The notes below the pieces were generated by a model. That model did not search any database, was not told where the DNA came from, and saw nothing but the letters and a program-made list of their open reading frames with translations. DNA of 63,722 bases, the filler included, from Candidatus Rokuibacteriota bacterium (GTDB lineage Bacteria; JAUVQV01; DATDCY01), in NCBI GenBank assembly GCA_031406795.1. It is 5 parts of 5 records of this genome, joined end to end, with 100 filler letters (N's around TTAATTAATTAA, not from the genome) between each part and the next. Parts side by side here need not be neighbours in the genome. Positions count along the whole stretch, not along the records: positions 43,482 to 58,257 come from JANOHV010000105.1; 4 more parts are not named here. The stretch is one strand, 5' to 3'. Both the position numbers and the translations under genes were made by a program. Below are positions 46,639 through 58,357 of this stretch, in pieces. Position 1 is the first letter of the stretch. Every line of letters starts with the position of its first letter.

Positions 46639-47232
46639 GTGGAAGACATCTTCGTTCTCCCTGACGCAGTTGTGGCCGGTCCCGGACAGGTCTCCGTCAA
46701 GTTTCTGGAGCTGGGAGTGACTTCCTTCCGGATGGCGTGCACGTTTGTCCACGAACTCCCCTATGGATACAACTCCGACCGCGAGGACCTGATGGTTCTC
46801 TTCCGGGAGAAGAGGGGGAGCTGTACAACAAAGCATGCGGTGATCGCCACATTGGCTGAGGAATTGGGTCTGTCCGTGAGGAAGAACGTCGGAATCTACA
46901 AAATGACGGAGACCCTGGTAACCGGCACCGACAAGATTCTGGAACGACACCGCCTGCCCTATCTGCCGATGATTCACTGCTTCCTTGCTTCGGGGCCACA
47001 TCGGGTTGACCTGACAGAAGGGAATCGCAACGGGAAGAACGGGCCGGTCAACACCTTCCTATTCACGAAGGAAGTCGCGCCGACGTTCAGCGAGAAGGAG
47101 GAGTACCTGCTCTATCGTCGCGTGCTGACTGATCAAATCCTTCTTCAGGAGGAGTTCCGCGGCGTCGATCTCAAGACCGTCCTGCTCGCGAGGGGTGAGG
47201 GCCTTTCACTGCTCCGAGACCACATCTCCTGA
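46639..47232 (+). CDS. Hypothetical protein, possible transglutaminase-like fold
   Basis: LPYGYNS, GSCTTKH, HCFL, DLT pattern (Cys-His-Asp). Confidence 0.55.
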   Translation: MEDIFVLPDAVVAGPGQVSVKFLELGVTSFRMACTFVHELPYGYNSDREDLMVLFREKRGSCTTKHAVIATLAEELGLSVRKNVGIYKMTETLVTGTDKILERHRLPYLPMIHCFLASGPHRVDLTEGNRNGKNGPVNTFLFTKEVAPTFSEKEEYLLYRRVLTDQILLQEEFRGVDLKTVLLARGEGLSLLRDHIS

Positions 47233-47570
47233 CCTCGGCACTGAAAAGGGGGCTGGACCCGATCTACACCTCCCGGCCATATCCCGCCTGCATCGACGCT
47301 TCGAGGCGATCAGCGAGGGCAGAGCCGACGATGCGGCTGCCGGCCGGCCGCCGGAGGCGGGGGCATCCCCGTCGCTGGAGGATATCCGGGATCGCTTCAG
47401 GGCCTCGTATGTCCTGGTGCTGAACGACCACCCGGGCCTGTACCGGCAGCTCATGCGCCGCGGGGATCTGTTCACCCTGATCTACCCCGCATGGCGGGGG
47501 ACGGGCCTCGCCGATCGGAAGCAGCCCGCCGTCGCGCTTTTCGGGGTAACGGGCCAGGACTGAGCCGGCG

Positions 47571-48080
47571 CTACAGATCGCCGGCGCCGCGCATCAGCGA
47601 CTGCACGCGCACGGCATCGGCGGCGTCGGGAGCGAAGGGCATTGCCGAGCCCAGCAGCAGGTGCGCGATCAGGTCAATGACCGCGGTCTCGGCGGCGGCA
47701 TCCAGTCCACAGAACTCGATCCCGATCTGGACCGGCGCGTCCGGCTTGACGGGGCAGCGCAGCCATTCGACGCGGCCCTGGATCGACGAGAGGACCGTTC
47801 TTCCCTGGCTGTCCGCGGCGGTGCGCGGAATGTCGATGAGGATGTTCAGCAGCGGCCGGCGGGCGAGCCTCTCGGCGAGCTGCTCGGGGCAGTCGGCGAC
47901 CGCGAGGCACGCCCCACCGTGGCTGATATCGTGAGTGACGGCGCCGGTGAGCGTTCCTGGCTCCTCGCCGGCGATCGAGAAGCCGACCTCGAGCCGCACC
48001 TCGACGCGGACGTGCCGGCGTCGATCCGCGAGGGATTTCCCCCCCTCGCCCGGGGCGCCGACGTGCAACGCGGCGGCCAT
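47571..48080 (-). CDS. PilZ-domain protein
   Basis: DRRRHVR and DISHGG c-di-GMP motifs; start uncertain. Confidence 0.75.
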   Translation of the reverse strand: MAAALHVGAPGEGGKSLADRRRHVRVEVRLEVGFSIAGEEPGTLTGAVTHDISHGGACLAVADCPEQLAERLARRPLLNILIDIPRTAADSQGRTVLSSIQGRVEWLRCPVKPDAPVQIGIEFCGLDAAAETAVIDLIAHLLLGSAMPFAPDAADAVRVQSLMRGAGDL

Positions 48081-48205
48081 CGCGCGGGTCCTCTGCAGCA
48101 TCACGGTAGGGATTCTCGTGGCGGGGCCGGACTTTGTCAAGGCGGCCCGGGCCCGGCCCCCGTCGGGCGTGGCGCAATGATATAGTTGCCCGGGAGAACC
48201 GGGCG

Positions 48206-51200
48206 ATGCGCAGACCAGGAAAGGCCATTCTCGTCGAGGGGGCGCGGCAGAACACCCTCAAGAACGTCACGGTGCGTTTGCCGATCGGGGAGTTCACCGT
48301 CGTCACCGGGGTGAGCGGGTCGGGCAAGTCCTCATTCGCATTCGACACCGTCTATGCCGAAGGGCAGCGGCGGTATGTCGAGACATTCTCCCCCTACGCC
48401 CGCCAGTTCCTCGAGCGCATGGACCGCCCGCGGGTCGACCGCGTCGACGGCATCCCCCCGGCGATCGCGATCGACCAGACCAACCCGGTGCGTACCTCCC
48501 GCTCGACGGTCGGGACGATGACCGAACTCGCTGATCACCTCAAGCTGCTCTATGCGCGCGCCGCCCGGCTCTTCTGCGGGGGATGCGGGCGCGAGGTGCA
48601 CCGGGACTCGCCGGAGTCGATCGCGGACGCCGTCCTGGCGGCGCGGGCGCCGGGCACGCTGCGGGGTTCCGCCGCTCCACAGCCCGCTCCGTCCGCACCG
48701 GCGAGCGGCGCGGGGGCCGCGTCGCTCGCCGCCCGTTCGCTGACCCTCGTGACTTTTCCCGTGCCGATCCCCGCCAACTTCACCCGCGAGGAGATCGAAG
48801 GGCACCTGGCGCGCCAGGGCTACACGCGGGTGCGGCCGGTGGGGGAGGGCGCGCTCGAAGTCGTCCAGGACCGGGTGCCGCTGACCCCGGAGAATCGCGG
48901 TCGCCTCGTCGATGCGCTCGAGGCCGCGCTGCGCGTCGGCGGCGGGCGGGTGGCGCTCGTCCCGGTGGACGGCGACGGCCGCGAGGGCGCGCCGCGGCGT
49001 TTCTCGGCGGATTTGCATTGCCCGGATTGCGACCGGCACTACGCGGACCCGGCGCCGCACGTCTTCTCCTTCAACTCGCCGGTCGGCGCCTGTCCGGTCT
49101 GCCGGGGCTTCGGCCGGACGATCGGCATCGACGCACGACTGGTGGTGCCCGACGAGTCGCTGACGCTGCGCGGCGGCGCGATCCGGCCCTGGCAGAGCGG
49201 CATCTCGCGCGAGTGCCAGGCCGACCTCGTGCGCCTCGGCAAGAAGCGCGGCGTCCCGCTCGACGTTCCGTGGCGCGACCTCACGGCCGCGCAGCGCGGC
49301 TGGGTGCTGGAGGGCGAGGGCGAGTGGGCGAAGGATGTCTGGTACGGGGTGCGCCGCTACTTCGCGTGGCTCGAGTCCAAGGCCTACAAGATGCACATCC
49401 GCGTTCTGCTCTCGAAGTACCGCTCGTACAGCACCTGCGCGAGCTGCGGCGGCGCGCGCTTGAAGCCGGAGGCCCTGAACTGGCGCCTCGGCGACGGGAA
49501 GCTCAACTTGCACGAGCTGACGTTGCTGCCGATCTCGGGCTGCCTGGCGTTCTTCGGCGCGCTCTCGCTGCCCAGGCCCCTCGACGAGGCTGCGGACCTG
49601 CTGCTGCGCGAGATCCGCACCCGACTCGGGTATCTGGTCGACGTCGGCCTCGGCTACCTGACGCTCGATCGGCAGTCGCGCACGCTCTCGGGCGGGGAGG
49701 TCCAGCGCATCAACCTGACGACGGCGCTCGGCACTTCGCTCGTGAATACCCTCTTCGTCCTCGACGAGCCGAGCGTGGGGCTCCACGCCCGCGACATCCG
49801 GCGCGTGATCGGGGTCCTGCAGCGCCTGCGCGACGCGGGGAACACGCTGCTGGTGGTGGAGCACGACGCCGGGATCATGCGCGCGGCGGACCGCATCCTC
49901 GATTTCGGCCCGGGACCCGGCGAGCGTGGCGGCGAAGTGGTCTTCTTCGGGCCGCCCGCGGATCTGCGCAAGGCGCGCCGCTCGCTGACGGCGGACTACC
50001 TGCTGGGTAGACGCCGGGTCGGCGCCGGCGGGGTCCCGCGCCCGCCGGATGCCGCGACCTCCTGGCTGGAGGTGATCGGCGCCGCCGAGCACAATCTCAA
50101 GGGGATCGACGTCCGGGTGCCGCTCAACCGCCTCGTCTGCGTGACCGGGGTTAGCGGCTCGGGCAAATCGACACTCGTCGAGGACATCCTGCACCGCGGG
50201 CTCAGGGCGGCACGCGGGCTTCCCGTCGATGCCCCGGGCCGGCATGCGGGGCTGCGCGGCCACGAGCATCTCGGCGAAGTGATGCTGGTCGATCAGTCGG
50301 CGATCGGCAAGACGACGCGCTCGAACCCCGCCAGCTACGTTGGCGCCCTCGACGGCGTGCGGGCGCTCTTCGCCGCCGAGCCGCTGTCGAAGGAGCGCGG
50401 CTACACGGCCGGGACCTTCAGCTTCAATGCGGGAACCGGTCGCTGCCCGACCTGCAGCGGCACCGGCTTCGAGCACGTCGAGATGCAGTTCCTCTCCGAC
50501 GTCTACCTGCGCTGTCCCGATTGCGACGGGCGCCGCTACCGGCCCGAGGTCCTCGAGGTGAAGCTGCGCGGGACGACTTCGGTCGCGGACGTCCTCGACC
50601 TGAGCGTCACCGAGGCCATGGCGTTCTTTGCCGACAGGGCCGACATCACGGCGGCGCTCGAGCCGTTGCTGGGCGTCGGGCTCGGCTATCTGAAGCTCGG
50701 TCAGCCGGTCCCGACGCTCAGCGGCGGGGAGGCGCAGCGCCTCAAGCTCGCCGGCCACCTCGCCTGGGCGCGCAGGAAGAAAGGCGGCGCGGGACGGCTC
50801 CTGCTCTTCGACGAGCCGACGACAGGACTGCATTTCGAGGACATCGCGGTGCTGCTCGGCGCCTTCAGACGGCTGATCGCCGAAGGGCACTCGCTCGTGG
50901 TCATCGAGCATAATCTCGACGTGATCCGCGCCGCCGACTGGGTGATCGACCTCGGCCCCGAGGGAGGCGACGAGGGCGGGCACCTGGTCTGCGCCGGCAC
51001 CCCGGCGGACGTGACGGCCTGCGAGGAGAGCCGCACGGGAGCCGCGTTACGAGAAACCGGCACTTTCCCAACGGATCCTCCGCACTCGGACGGCGAAACG
51101 GATTTCATGCGCACAGCGGAGGGGTGGCGCGGAGGGGAGGTCTCCATCGGCGGACCGGAGGGAGCACGATGGAGGTCCGCAGCGTCAGGACCCCGCAGCC

Positions 51201-53893
51201 TGCACGGGAACGTCGCGCAACGTCAGGACCCCGCAGCCCGAACGGGAACGATGGGTCCCCTCGTCCCGCCCCGGAACGAGATCGTGATCCGCCACGCGAG
51301 AGAGCACAACCTCAAGGGCATCGACGTCACCATTCCCCGCGACCGCTTCACCGTCATCACCGGCGTCAGCGGCAGCGGCAAGAGCACCGTCGCGTTCGAC
51401 ATCCTCTTCAACGAAGGGCAGCGGCGCTACCTCGAATCCCTCAACGCCTACGCGCGGCAGTTCGTGCAGCCCGCCGCGCGCGCCGAGGTCGACGCCGTCT
51501 CGGGGGTGCCGCCGACCGTCGCCATCGAGCAGCGCACCAGCCGCGGCGGACGCAAGAGCACCGTCGCCACGCAGACCGAGATCGCCCACTTCCTGCGCCT
51601 GCTCTATGCGCGCCTCGGCACGCAGTACTGCCCGGACTGTGACATGCCGATCACCCCGCAGAGTCTCGACGCGATCGCCGCCGCCGTGCTGAAACGCCAC
51701 CGCGGACGCCGTGTGGCGCTGCTCGCGCCTCTGGTGACCGCGCGCAAGGGCTATTACACCGACCTGGCGGCCTGGGCGGCCAAGCAGGGGTTCGCGCATC
51801 TGCGCGTCGACGGCGCGCCGACGCCGGTTGTCCCCTGGCCGCGCCTGGACCGATTCCGGGAGCACACGATCGAGTTGCCGGTCGCCGAGATTGCGGTTTC
51901 GCCGCGAGGGGAGGGAGATCTGCGAGCCGGTCTTTCATCCGCGCTCGGGTACGGCAAGGGGGTGGTTCACGTCCTTTCCGCCGGCACGGAGACACCGGAA
52001 ATATTCTCGTCGATCCGGGCCTGCCCCAGTTGCGGCCGGGGTTTCCCCGAACCGGACCCCCGGCTGTTTTCGCACAGCACCAAGCACGGCTGGTGCCCCG
52101 CCTGCTACGGGACGGGACTCGCGATCGAGGGCTTCGACGCCGACCAGTCCGGCGAGGAGATCTGGTGGAACGAGTGGTACGAGGGCTCCGAGCGCGCGTG
52201 CACGGTCTGTGCCGGCCGGAGGCTGCGCCCGGAGGCGCTGGCGGTGCGCTTCGCCGGGCGTTCCATCGCGGCGGTCCTCGGTCTCCCGGTCGAAGCGGTC
52301 GAAGCGTTCGTCGGCTCGCTGAAGCTCGATGCGCGTGAGGCCGCGATCGCCCGCGACCTGCTGGCAGAGGTCGGCTCCCGCCTCGCCTTCCTGCGCCGCG
52401 TCGGACTCGGGTACCTCCAGCTCGACCGCGCCGCCCCGACCCTCAGCGGCGGCGAGGCCCAGCGCATTCGACTCGCCGCTCAGCTCGGATCGAGCCTGCG
52501 TGGCGTCTGCTACATCCTCGACGAGCCGACGATCGGCCTGCATGCGCGGGACAACCGCCTGCTCCTCTCGACCCTCAAGGAACTCGGGAAGGCCGGGAAC
52601 ACCGTGGTCGTGGTCGAGCACGACGAGGAGACGATCCGCGCCGCCGAGCACCTCATCGACCTGGGTCCGGGAGCCGGCGTCAACGGCGGCCGCGTCGTCG
52701 CCGCCGGGTCGCTGCGGGACCTGCTGCGCTCGAAGGAGTCGGTGACTGCGAGATTTCTGCGCCAACCGCTGGTTCACCCGCTGCTACCGCCGCGGACCGG
52801 CGAGCCGCCGGGGGCGATCGAGGTCCGCGGCGCGCGCCTGCACAACCTGCGCGATCTCACGGTGGCGGTCCCGCTCGGGCGGCTGGTCTGCGTCACCGGC
52901 GTCAGCGGCAGCGGCAAGAGCACGCTGGTCGGCGATGTGCTCCACGGGAACCTGCGGCGTCTGGTCATCGAGCGCCGCCGCCCGGCGGTCCGGCGCGACG
53001 CCCGTCCCCCCGCGAAACCGGCGCGAACCCGCCGTGAGAGCGCAGACGCGCTGCGCGGGTGCGATGCGATCACCGGTTGGGAGTCGCTCCGGCGGGTGCT
53101 CGAAGTCGACCAGACGCCGATCGGCAAGACGCCGCGCTCCTGCCCGGCAACCTACGTCGGCTTCTGGGACGCCGTTCGCCGCCTCTTCGCGGCCACCCCG
53201 GAGGCCAAGATGCGAGGTTGGGGGCCGGGCCGTTTCTCCTTCAACGTCGCGGGCGGGCGCTGCGAGGCCTGCGAGGGGCAGGGAGTGCGGCGGATCGAGA
53301 TGAGTTTCCTCCCCGACGTGACCGTGCCCTGCGACGCCTGCCGCGGCGCGCGCTTCGCCCCCGAGACGCTGGCGGCGCGCTACCGCGGGCGCACGGTGGC
53401 CGAGGTGCTGGCGATGAGCGTCGACGAGGCGGTGGGTTTCTTCGAAGTCCACCCGCCGGTCTACAACGCGCTGCGCCTGCTCCAGGACGTCGGTCTCGGC
53501 TACCTGACCCTCGGCCAGCGCTCGCCATCGCTGAGCGGAGGCGAGGCCCAGCGCATCAAGCTCGTGACCGAACTGGCGCAGGCCTCCGGCGCCGTTCTCT
53601 ACCTCCTCGACGAGCCGACGGTCGGGCTGCACATGGCCGACGTGGAAAAGCTCATTCGCGTGCTGCACCGTCTCGTGGACGCGGGCAACACCGTCGTCGT
53701 CATCGAACACAATCTCGACGTCATCGCGGAAGCGGACTGGATCATCGACCTCGGCCCGGAAGGGGGGGCGGCGGGCGGGCGGGTCGTCGCGTCAGGAACG
53801 CCGGCCGCCGTGGCCCGCAAGACGAGACGCTCGCACACCGCGGCGTACCTCGCCCCGTTCCTCAAGGCCAGGAAAGGCGGCAGCAAGAAGTGA
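48206..53893 (+). CDS. uvrA: Double-length excinuclease ABC subunit A (two fused UvrA units)
   Basis: Four GVSGSGKS Walker A, four LSGGE signatures, zinc fingers. Confidence 0.92.
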   Translation: MRRPGKAILVEGARQNTLKNVTVRLPIGEFTVVTGVSGSGKSSFAFDTVYAEGQRRYVETFSPYARQFLERMDRPRVDRVDGIPPAIAIDQTNPVRTSRSTVGTMTELADHLKLLYARAARLFCGGCGREVHRDSPESIADAVLAARAPGTLRGSAAPQPAPSAPASGAGAASLAARSLTLVTFPVPIPANFTREEIEGHLARQGYTRVRPVGEGALEVVQDRVPLTPENRGRLVDALEAALRVGGGRVALVPVDGDGREGAPRRFSADLHCPDCDRHYADPAPHVFSFNSPVGACPVCRGFGRTIGIDARLVVPDESLTLRGGAIRPWQSGISRECQADLVRLGKKRGVPLDVPWRDLTAAQRGWVLEGEGEWAKDVWYGVRRYFAWLESKAYKMHIRVLLSKYRSYSTCASCGGARLKPEALNWRLGDGKLNLHELTLLPISGCLAFFGALSLPRPLDEAADLLLREIRTRLGYLVDVGLGYLTLDRQSRTLSGGEVQRINLTTALGTSLVNTLFVLDEPSVGLHARDIRRVIGVLQRLRDAGNTLLVVEHDAGIMRAADRILDFGPGPGERGGEVVFFGPPADLRKARRSLTADYLLGRRRVGAGGVPRPPDAATSWLEVIGAAEHNLKGIDVRVPLNRLVCVTGVSGSGKSTLVEDILHRGLRAARGLPVDAPGRHAGLRGHEHLGEVMLVDQSAIGKTTRSNPASYVGALDGVRALFAAEPLSKERGYTAGTFSFNAGTGRCPTCSGTGFEHVEMQFLSDVYLRCPDCDGRRYRPEVLEVKLRGTTSVADVLDLSVTEAMAFFADRADITAALEPLLGVGLGYLKLGQPVPTLSGGEAQRLKLAGHLAWARRKKGGAGRLLLFDEPTTGLHFEDIAVLLGAFRRLIAEGHSLVVIEHNLDVIRAADWVIDLGPEGGDEGGHLVCAGTPADVTACEESRTGAALRETGTFPTDPPHSDGETDFMRTAEGWRGGEVSIGGPEGARWRSAASGPRSLHGNVAQRQDPAARTGTMGPLVPPRNEIVIRHAREHNLKGIDVTIPRDRFTVITGVSGSGKSTVAFDILFNEGQRRYLESLNAYARQFVQPAARAEVDAVSGVPPTVAIEQRTSRGGRKSTVATQTEIAHFLRLLYARLGTQYCPDCDMPITPQSLDAIAAAVLKRHRGRRVALLAPLVTARKGYYTDLAAWAAKQGFAHLRVDGAPTPVVPWPRLDRFREHTIELPVAEIAVSPRGEGDLRAGLSSALGYGKGVVHVLSAGTETPEIFSSIRACPSCGRGFPEPDPRLFSHSTKHGWCPACYGTGLAIEGFDADQSGEEIWWNEWYEGSERACTVCAGRRLRPEALAVRFAGRSIAAVLGLPVEAVEAFVGSLKLDAREAAIARDLLAEVGSRLAFLRRVGLGYLQLDRAAPTLSGGEAQRIRLAAQLGSSLRGVCYILDEPTIGLHARDNRLLLSTLKELGKAGNTVVVVEHDEETIRAAEHLIDLGPGAGVNGGRVVAAGSLRDLLRSKESVTARFLRQPLVHPLLPPRTGEPPGAIEVRGARLHNLRDLTVAVPLGRLVCVTGVSGSGKSTLVGDVLHGNLRRLVIERRRPAVRRDARPPAKPARTRRESADALRGCDAITGWESLRRVLEVDQTPIGKTPRSCPATYVGFWDAVRRLFAATPEAKMRGWGPGRFSFNVAGGRCEACEGQGVRRIEMSFLPDVTVPCDACRGARFAPETLAARYRGRTVAEVLAMSVDEAVGFFEVHPPVYNALRLLQDVGLGYLTLGQRSPSLSGGEAQRIKLVTELAQASGAVLYLLDEPTVGLHMADVEKLIRVLHRLVDAGNTVVVIEHNLDVIAEADWIIDLGPEGGAAGGRVVASGTPAAVARKTRRSHTAAYLAPFLKARKGGSKK
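51116..51250. repeat. Repeat family B, copy 3, in frame inside the uvrA linker, with partial 3' duplication
   Basis: Matches 14008 and 45396; CGTCAGGACCCCGCAGCC..ACGGGAACG repeated at 51221-51250. Confidence 0.9.
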
Positions 53894-53996
53894 TCAACCG
53901 GACTTCTGCCGCACGCTTTTGAGACATCATTTTCCGTAGCCCAGCGAGGTGAGGGCAACGTACACGTAACGCGCTTCGTCTTTCCGTGCACGTGCC

Positions 53997-54138
53997 GCCC
54001 GAGTCGATCGGGAGCGGATTTTTTCGTCTCGGCAAGGCAGCGGGGGAGGGTGCGCGGAGGCGGGCTCGTGCCCGCCGCACAAGCAGCCCGACCCGCAACG
54101 CAGCCGGGGCGAAAAAAGCCCTCCCCAGCGACCCGGGC
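53997..54138. repeat. Palindromic repeat family A, copy 4
   Basis: Imperfect TIR GCCCGAGTCGATCGGGAG/CTCCCCAGCGACCCGGGC; core GCAAGGC..GAGGCGGGCTCGTGCCCGCCGCA..CAACGCAG. Confidence 0.8.
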
Positions 54139-55395
54139 CTATTCTCTTGTCTGGCCGTCGCCGAAAACGACGAACTTGCTGCAGGTCAATTCCTCGAGTC
54201 CCATCGGACCCCGGGCGTGGAGTTTCTGCGTGGAGATCCCCATTTCGGCGCCGAGGCCGTACTGGAATCCGTCGGAGAACCGCGTCGAGGCGTTGACGAT
54301 GACCGACGAGGAGTCGACTTCGGCGACGAAGCGCAGCGCCCGGGCGTAGTCCCTGGTGACGATGGCGTCGGTGTGCATCGAGCCGTAACGCGCGATGTGC
54401 TCCATCGCTTCCTCCAGCGAGCCGACGACCTTCACGGCGAGGATCAGCTCGAGGAACTCCTTGCCGAAATCCTCGGGTATTGCGGCTTTCACCCACGGGG
54501 CAAGTTTCTTCGTCCGCGCGCAGCCGCGGATCTCGACGCCGGCCTTGCGGTACGCCGGGAGCATCTTCTTGAAGAACGCCGGGGCGATCTTCTCGTGCAC
54601 GAGCAGCGTCTCCATCGCGTTGCAGACCCCCGGGCGCTGCACCTTGGCGTTGAAGCAGACCTTGACCGCCATCGGGATGTCGGCCGCCTCGTCGACAAAG
54701 GTGTGGCAGACCCCCTCGTAGTGGAAGATCACCGGGATCGTCGAGCCCTCGACGACGGCGCGGATCAGCTCCTTGCCGCCGCGCGGGATGACCAGGTCGA
54801 TCACGGAGTCGAGCTTGAGCAGCTGGGCCACCGCTTTTCTGTCGGTGGTCGGCAGCATCGTCACGGCGGCCGCCGGCAGACCCGCCTCCTCCAGCGAGTG
54901 GGCGGCGAGGCGGGCGAGCGCCATGCTCGAGTGGAAGGCCTCCGAGCCGCCGCGCAGAATTACGGCGTTGCCGGACTTGATGCACAGCCCCGCCGCGTCG
55001 CACGTCACGTTCGGGCGCGCCTCGTAGATGATTGCGATGACGCCGAGCGGCACGCGCATCCGGCCGACGCGCAGTCCGTTCGGACGCACGGTCATCCGGG
55101 TGATCTCGCCGACGGGGTCGGGCAGCGCGGCGATCTCGCGCAGGCCCTGGGCGATGGCCGCGAGTCGTTTCGCGTCGAGCAGCAGCCGATCCTGCATGGC
55201 CGGCGGGAGTCCGCGCCGCCTGGCCTCGGCGAGGTCCCGGGCGTTCGCTTCGAGCACCGGGCCGCCTTCGTTTTCCAGCCGGCGCGCGTAGGCGAGCAGC
55301 GCCGCGTTCTTCTCGCCGGTCGACGCCCCGGCAATGCGCCGGGCGGCCGCCTTTGCGGTTGATGCCAGTTCGAGCACGCTCTGCGCCTTCGCCAT
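54139..55395 (-). CDS. proA: Gamma-glutamyl phosphate reductase
   Basis: PLGVIAIIYEARPNVT, CNAMETLL, HTDAI, ISTQKLHARGP. Confidence 0.97.
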   Translation of the reverse strand: MAKAQSVLELASTAKAAARRIAGASTGEKNAALLAYARRLENEGGPVLEANARDLAEARRRGLPPAMQDRLLLDAKRLAAIAQGLREIAALPDPVGEITRMTVRPNGLRVGRMRVPLGVIAIIYEARPNVTCDAAGLCIKSGNAVILRGGSEAFHSSMALARLAAHSLEEAGLPAAAVTMLPTTDRKAVAQLLKLDSVIDLVIPRGGKELIRAVVEGSTIPVIFHYEGVCHTFVDEAADIPMAVKVCFNAKVQRPGVCNAMETLLVHEKIAPAFFKKMLPAYRKAGVEIRGCARTKKLAPWVKAAIPEDFGKEFLELILAVKVVGSLEEAMEHIARYGSMHTDAIVTRDYARALRFVAEVDSSSVIVNASTRFSDGFQYGLGAEMGISTQKLHARGPMGLEELTCSKFVVFGDGQTRE

Positions 55396-55407
55396 GTCCG
55401 CCTCCCT

Positions 55408-55534
55408 GGCAGGGCGCTGAAAAAGGCCCATCTGTTGCGTTGCGCTCACCCCGGCTCACTGCGGCGTGCACGAGCACGCCTCATTCGCCGGGTTTTCGCC
55501 CGCCTTGCAGCTGGACCTTTCTGAGCACCCTGCC
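55408..55534. repeat. Palindromic repeat family A, copy 5 (reverse orientation)
   Basis: TIR GGCAGGGCGCTGAAAAAGG/CCTTTCTGAGCACCCTGCC; core is the reverse complement of copy 1. Confidence 0.85.
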
Positions 55535-55559
55535 CATCGTATGGGTTTCCAGCAACCTG

Positions 55560-56726
55560 TTATTGATGTTCGTCGGCACCGATCGTCTCCGTCACGACCA
55601 GCTCGTTTCGGTGTACCACCTCGTCCTCGCGGTGACAACCGAGGCAGCGCACGCGCTCGGTCGTCAGACCCTTGATGCCGCCGATTTCGGCCGCGCTGTA
55701 GCGCGTCAGGCCGCGCGCGATCTCCCGTCCGTCGGCGCCGACGATCCGCACCGGGTCGCCGGCCGCGAACTCGCCGCGCGTGCCGGTCACGCCGGCGGGC
55801 AACAGGCTCTTGCCGCCGCGCAGCAGCGCCTTGGCCGCACCCGCATCGACGAGGATGTCGCCGGCGGCGGCGAGGGTGTGCCGGATCCAGTGCTTCTTGC
55901 CCGCGAGTCGTCGCCCCGCCGGGAGGAAGACGGTGCCGAGCGCCTCGCCGGCGAGCAGACGCCCGATGTTCCCCGCGTCCTGCCCCGAAGCGATCGCCAT
56001 CGGAATGCCGTAGTCGTTCACGCGGCGCGCGGCGATGAGCTTGGTGCGCATGCCGCCGGTGCCGACGCTCGAGGAGGTGCCGCCGGCGCTCGCCAGCAAC
56101 GCGGCGGTCACGCCGCGCACCGTCGGGATGAGCTCGGAGTCCGGGTCGTTGCGCGGGTCCCCGGTGTAGAGGCCCTCGACGTCCGAGAGGAGCACCAGCA
56201 GGTCCGCGCCGACGAGCACGGCAACGGTCGCCGAGAGCGTGTCGTTGTCGCCCACGCGCAGTTCATCGACCGCGACCGTGTCGTTCTCGTTGATCACCGG
56301 GACCACCCGGTACTCCAGCAGGGTAGCCAGCGTATTCTGAGCGTTGATGAAGCGCCGCCGGTCGGCGAGGTCGCCGCCGGTGAGCAGTACCTGGGCGACC
56401 TGCAGCCCGTGGCGGCGGAAAGCCTGTTCCCAGGCGGCCATCAGGTAACCCTGGCCGACGGCGGCCGCGGCCTGCTTCTCGGGTATGGAGCGGGGGCGCC
56501 GCGGCAGCTTCAGCCGCGCCGACCCGGCCGCGACGGCCCCGGAGGTGACGACGACCGGCTGGCCGCCTCGCGCCGCGAAGCCCGCGATCCCGTCGGCGAG
56601 CGCGTCGATCTTGCCGAGGCTGAGGGTTCGCTCCTCGGTGACCAGGCTCGAACCGACCTTGAAGACGACCCGGCCGACGGGCCCGACTTCGCGGACACGG
56701 GAACGGGCCACGGTCGATCGCTTCAC
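55560..56726 (-). CDS. proB: Glutamate 5-kinase
   Basis: KVGSS, TSGAVAAG, INENDTV, GDNDTL, GTGGMRTK, PUA domain. Confidence 0.97.
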   Translation of the reverse strand: MKRSTVARSRVREVGPVGRVVFKVGSSLVTEERTLSLGKIDALADGIAGFAARGGQPVVVTSGAVAAGSARLKLPRRPRSIPEKQAAAAVGQGYLMAAWEQAFRRHGLQVAQVLLTGGDLADRRRFINAQNTLATLLEYRVVPVINENDTVAVDELRVGDNDTLSATVAVLVGADLLVLLSDVEGLYTGDPRNDPDSELIPTVRGVTAALLASAGGTSSSVGTGGMRTKLIAARRVNDYGIPMAIASGQDAGNIGRLLAGEALGTVFLPAGRRLAGKKHWIRHTLAAAGDILVDAGAAKALLRGGKSLLPAGVTGTRGEFAAGDPVRIVGADGREIARGLTRYSAAEIGGIKGLTTERVRCLGCHREDEVVHRNELVVTETIGADEHQ

Positions 56727-57784
56727 GCCTTCTTCGGCCCGCGTCGGACCGGACGCGCGGCCGCCTCCTTTTCGCGCTCGGCGCGCTCGATCGCGTCGAG
56801 TGTCTGCTTCGTGGTGTAGACCAGTTCCTTGAGCCCCTGGCGCGTCGCCGCCGAAATGACGTGGCAGGGGATGCGCCGGCGTTTCGCGAAGGCCAGCAGT
56901 TTCTTGAGGTTTTGCGCCGCCTCGGGGATGTCCGCCTTGTTCGCCACCAGCAGCTGCGGCTTCTTTTCGAGTCCTCCCCCGAAGCCGGCGAGTTCGGCGT
57001 TGATCGCGCGATACTCCTCGACCGGGTCGCGGCCGGTGTCCGGCGAGAGGTCCACGAGGTGCAGCAGCAGCTTCGTGCGCGCCAGGTGGCGGAGAAAGCG
57101 GGTACCGAGCCCGGCGCCGTGCGAAGCCCCCGGGATCAGGCCGGGAACGTCGGCGACGACGAAGCTCTCCCCCTCCTCGAGGCGCACGACGCCCAGGTGC
57201 GGCGTCAGGGTTGTGAAGGGATAGTCGGCGATCTTCGGTTTGGCCGAGGAGATCGTCGAGATCAGCGTGCTCTTGCCCGCATTGGGGAAGCCGACGATGC
57301 CGACATCCGCGAGCAGTTTGAGCTCGAAGACGAGTTCGAACTCCTCCCCTTCCTCCCCCGGCTGCGTCTTGCGCGGCGCCTGGTTGGTCGCCGAGACGAA
57401 GTGCGCGTTGCCCAGGCCGCCGCGGCCGCCCTTCGCGACGATCACCCGCTGGCCGGGCTCGACGAGGTCGGCGATCACCTCCCCGGTGGCCTTGATGCGC
57501 ACCAGGGTGCCTTGCGGGACCGGCAGGACAATGTCCTCCTCAGCCGCGCCGGAGGACCTGCTGCCGCGGCCGTGCCCGCCGTGCTTGGCGAAGGCGTGAG
57601 GCCGGAAGCGATAATCCACCAGCGTCCTGATGTGGGGATTGGCTTCGACGATGATGTCCGCTCCCTTGCCGCCGTTGCCGCCGTCGGGTCCCCCCAGCGG
57701 GATGTACTTCTCCCGGCGGAAGCTGCAGCAGCCTTTGCCGCCATGGCCGGCCCGGACGTGTATGGTGACCTCATCGACAAACAT
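56723..57784 (-). CDS. obgE: GTPase ObgE/CgtA
   Basis: SFRREKYIPLGGPDGGNGG, GFPNAGKST, YPFTT, NKAD. Confidence 0.97.
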   Translation of the reverse strand: MFVDEVTIHVRAGHGGKGCCSFRREKYIPLGGPDGGNGGKGADIIVEANPHIRTLVDYRFRPHAFAKHGGHGRGSRSSGAAEEDIVLPVPQGTLVRIKATGEVIADLVEPGQRVIVAKGGRGGLGNAHFVSATNQAPRKTQPGEEGEEFELVFELKLLADVGIVGFPNAGKSTLISTISSAKPKIADYPFTTLTPHLGVVRLEEGESFVVADVPGLIPGASHGAGLGTRFLRHLARTKLLLHLVDLSPDTGRDPVEEYRAINAELAGFGGGLEKKPQLLVANKADIPEAAQNLKKLLAFAKRRRIPCHVISAATRQGLKELVYTTKQTLDAIERAEREKEAAARPVRRGPKKA

Positions 57785-57794
57785 CGTTCTCCTT

Positions 57795-57831
57795 AAAAAC
57801 GAACGAGGCGTGCCCTGGTGGACACGCCTCG
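57795..57831 (-). terminator. Terminator-like hairpin between rpmA and obgE
   Basis: CGAGGCGTG-loop-CACGCCTCG followed by TTCGTTTTT on the minus strand. Confidence 0.5.
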
Positions 57832-57868
57832 GTGCGTTCTGTCGGCGGTTGAGCCGCCGGGGCCGGTA

Positions 57869-58123
57869 CTAGACCGCCTCGATACCGATGAGCTTGCGGC
57901 CGCCCGCGATGACGCGGAAGACCACCTTGCCCTGAATCTTGGCGAAAAGCGTGCAGTCACGCCCCATGCCGACATTCGGCCCGGGGTGGTAGACGGTGCC
58001 GTGCTGGCGCACCAGAATGCTCCCCGCGGTGACCGTCTGTCCGCCGTAGCGCTTGATGCCGAGCCGCTGGCCTTCGCTGTCGCGGCCATTGCGGGAGGCG
58101 CCTTGTCCTTTTTTATGAGCCAT
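57869..58123 (-). CDS. rpmA: 50S ribosomal protein L27
   Basis: [21 protein letters not shown]. Confidence 0.97.
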   Translation of the reverse strand: MAHKKGQGASRNGRDSEGQRLGIKRYGGQTVTAGSILVRQHGTVYHPGPNVGMGRDCTLFAKIQGKVVFRVIAGGRKLIGIEAV

Positions 58124-58135
58124 GGTCCTCTCCCC

Positions 58136-58257
58136 TTACGCGACGGTGATCCCGCTGATCTTCACGCGGGTGTAGTGCTGACGGTGGCCGGTCTTGCGCC
58201 GCATGTTCTTGCGCTTCTTGAACTTGAAGACGATGATCTTCGGCCCCTTCACCGGGT
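58136..58257 (-). CDS. rplU: 50S ribosomal protein L21 (3' part)
   Basis: [34 protein letters not shown]. Confidence 0.95.
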
Positions 58258-58357
58258 NNNNNNNNNNNNNNNNNNNNNNNNNNNNNNNNNNNNNNNNNNN
58301 NTTAATTAATTAANNNNNNNNNNNNNNNNNNNNNNNNNNNNNNNNNNNNNNNNNNNN
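58258..58357. other. Artificial contig linker
   Basis: N-run-TTAATTAATTAA-N-run. Confidence 0.98.

Noticed and set aside
47240..47563. Short ORF after the arsenic operon
   Set aside because: No credible start or RBS; possibly a gene fragment, but it cannot be identified
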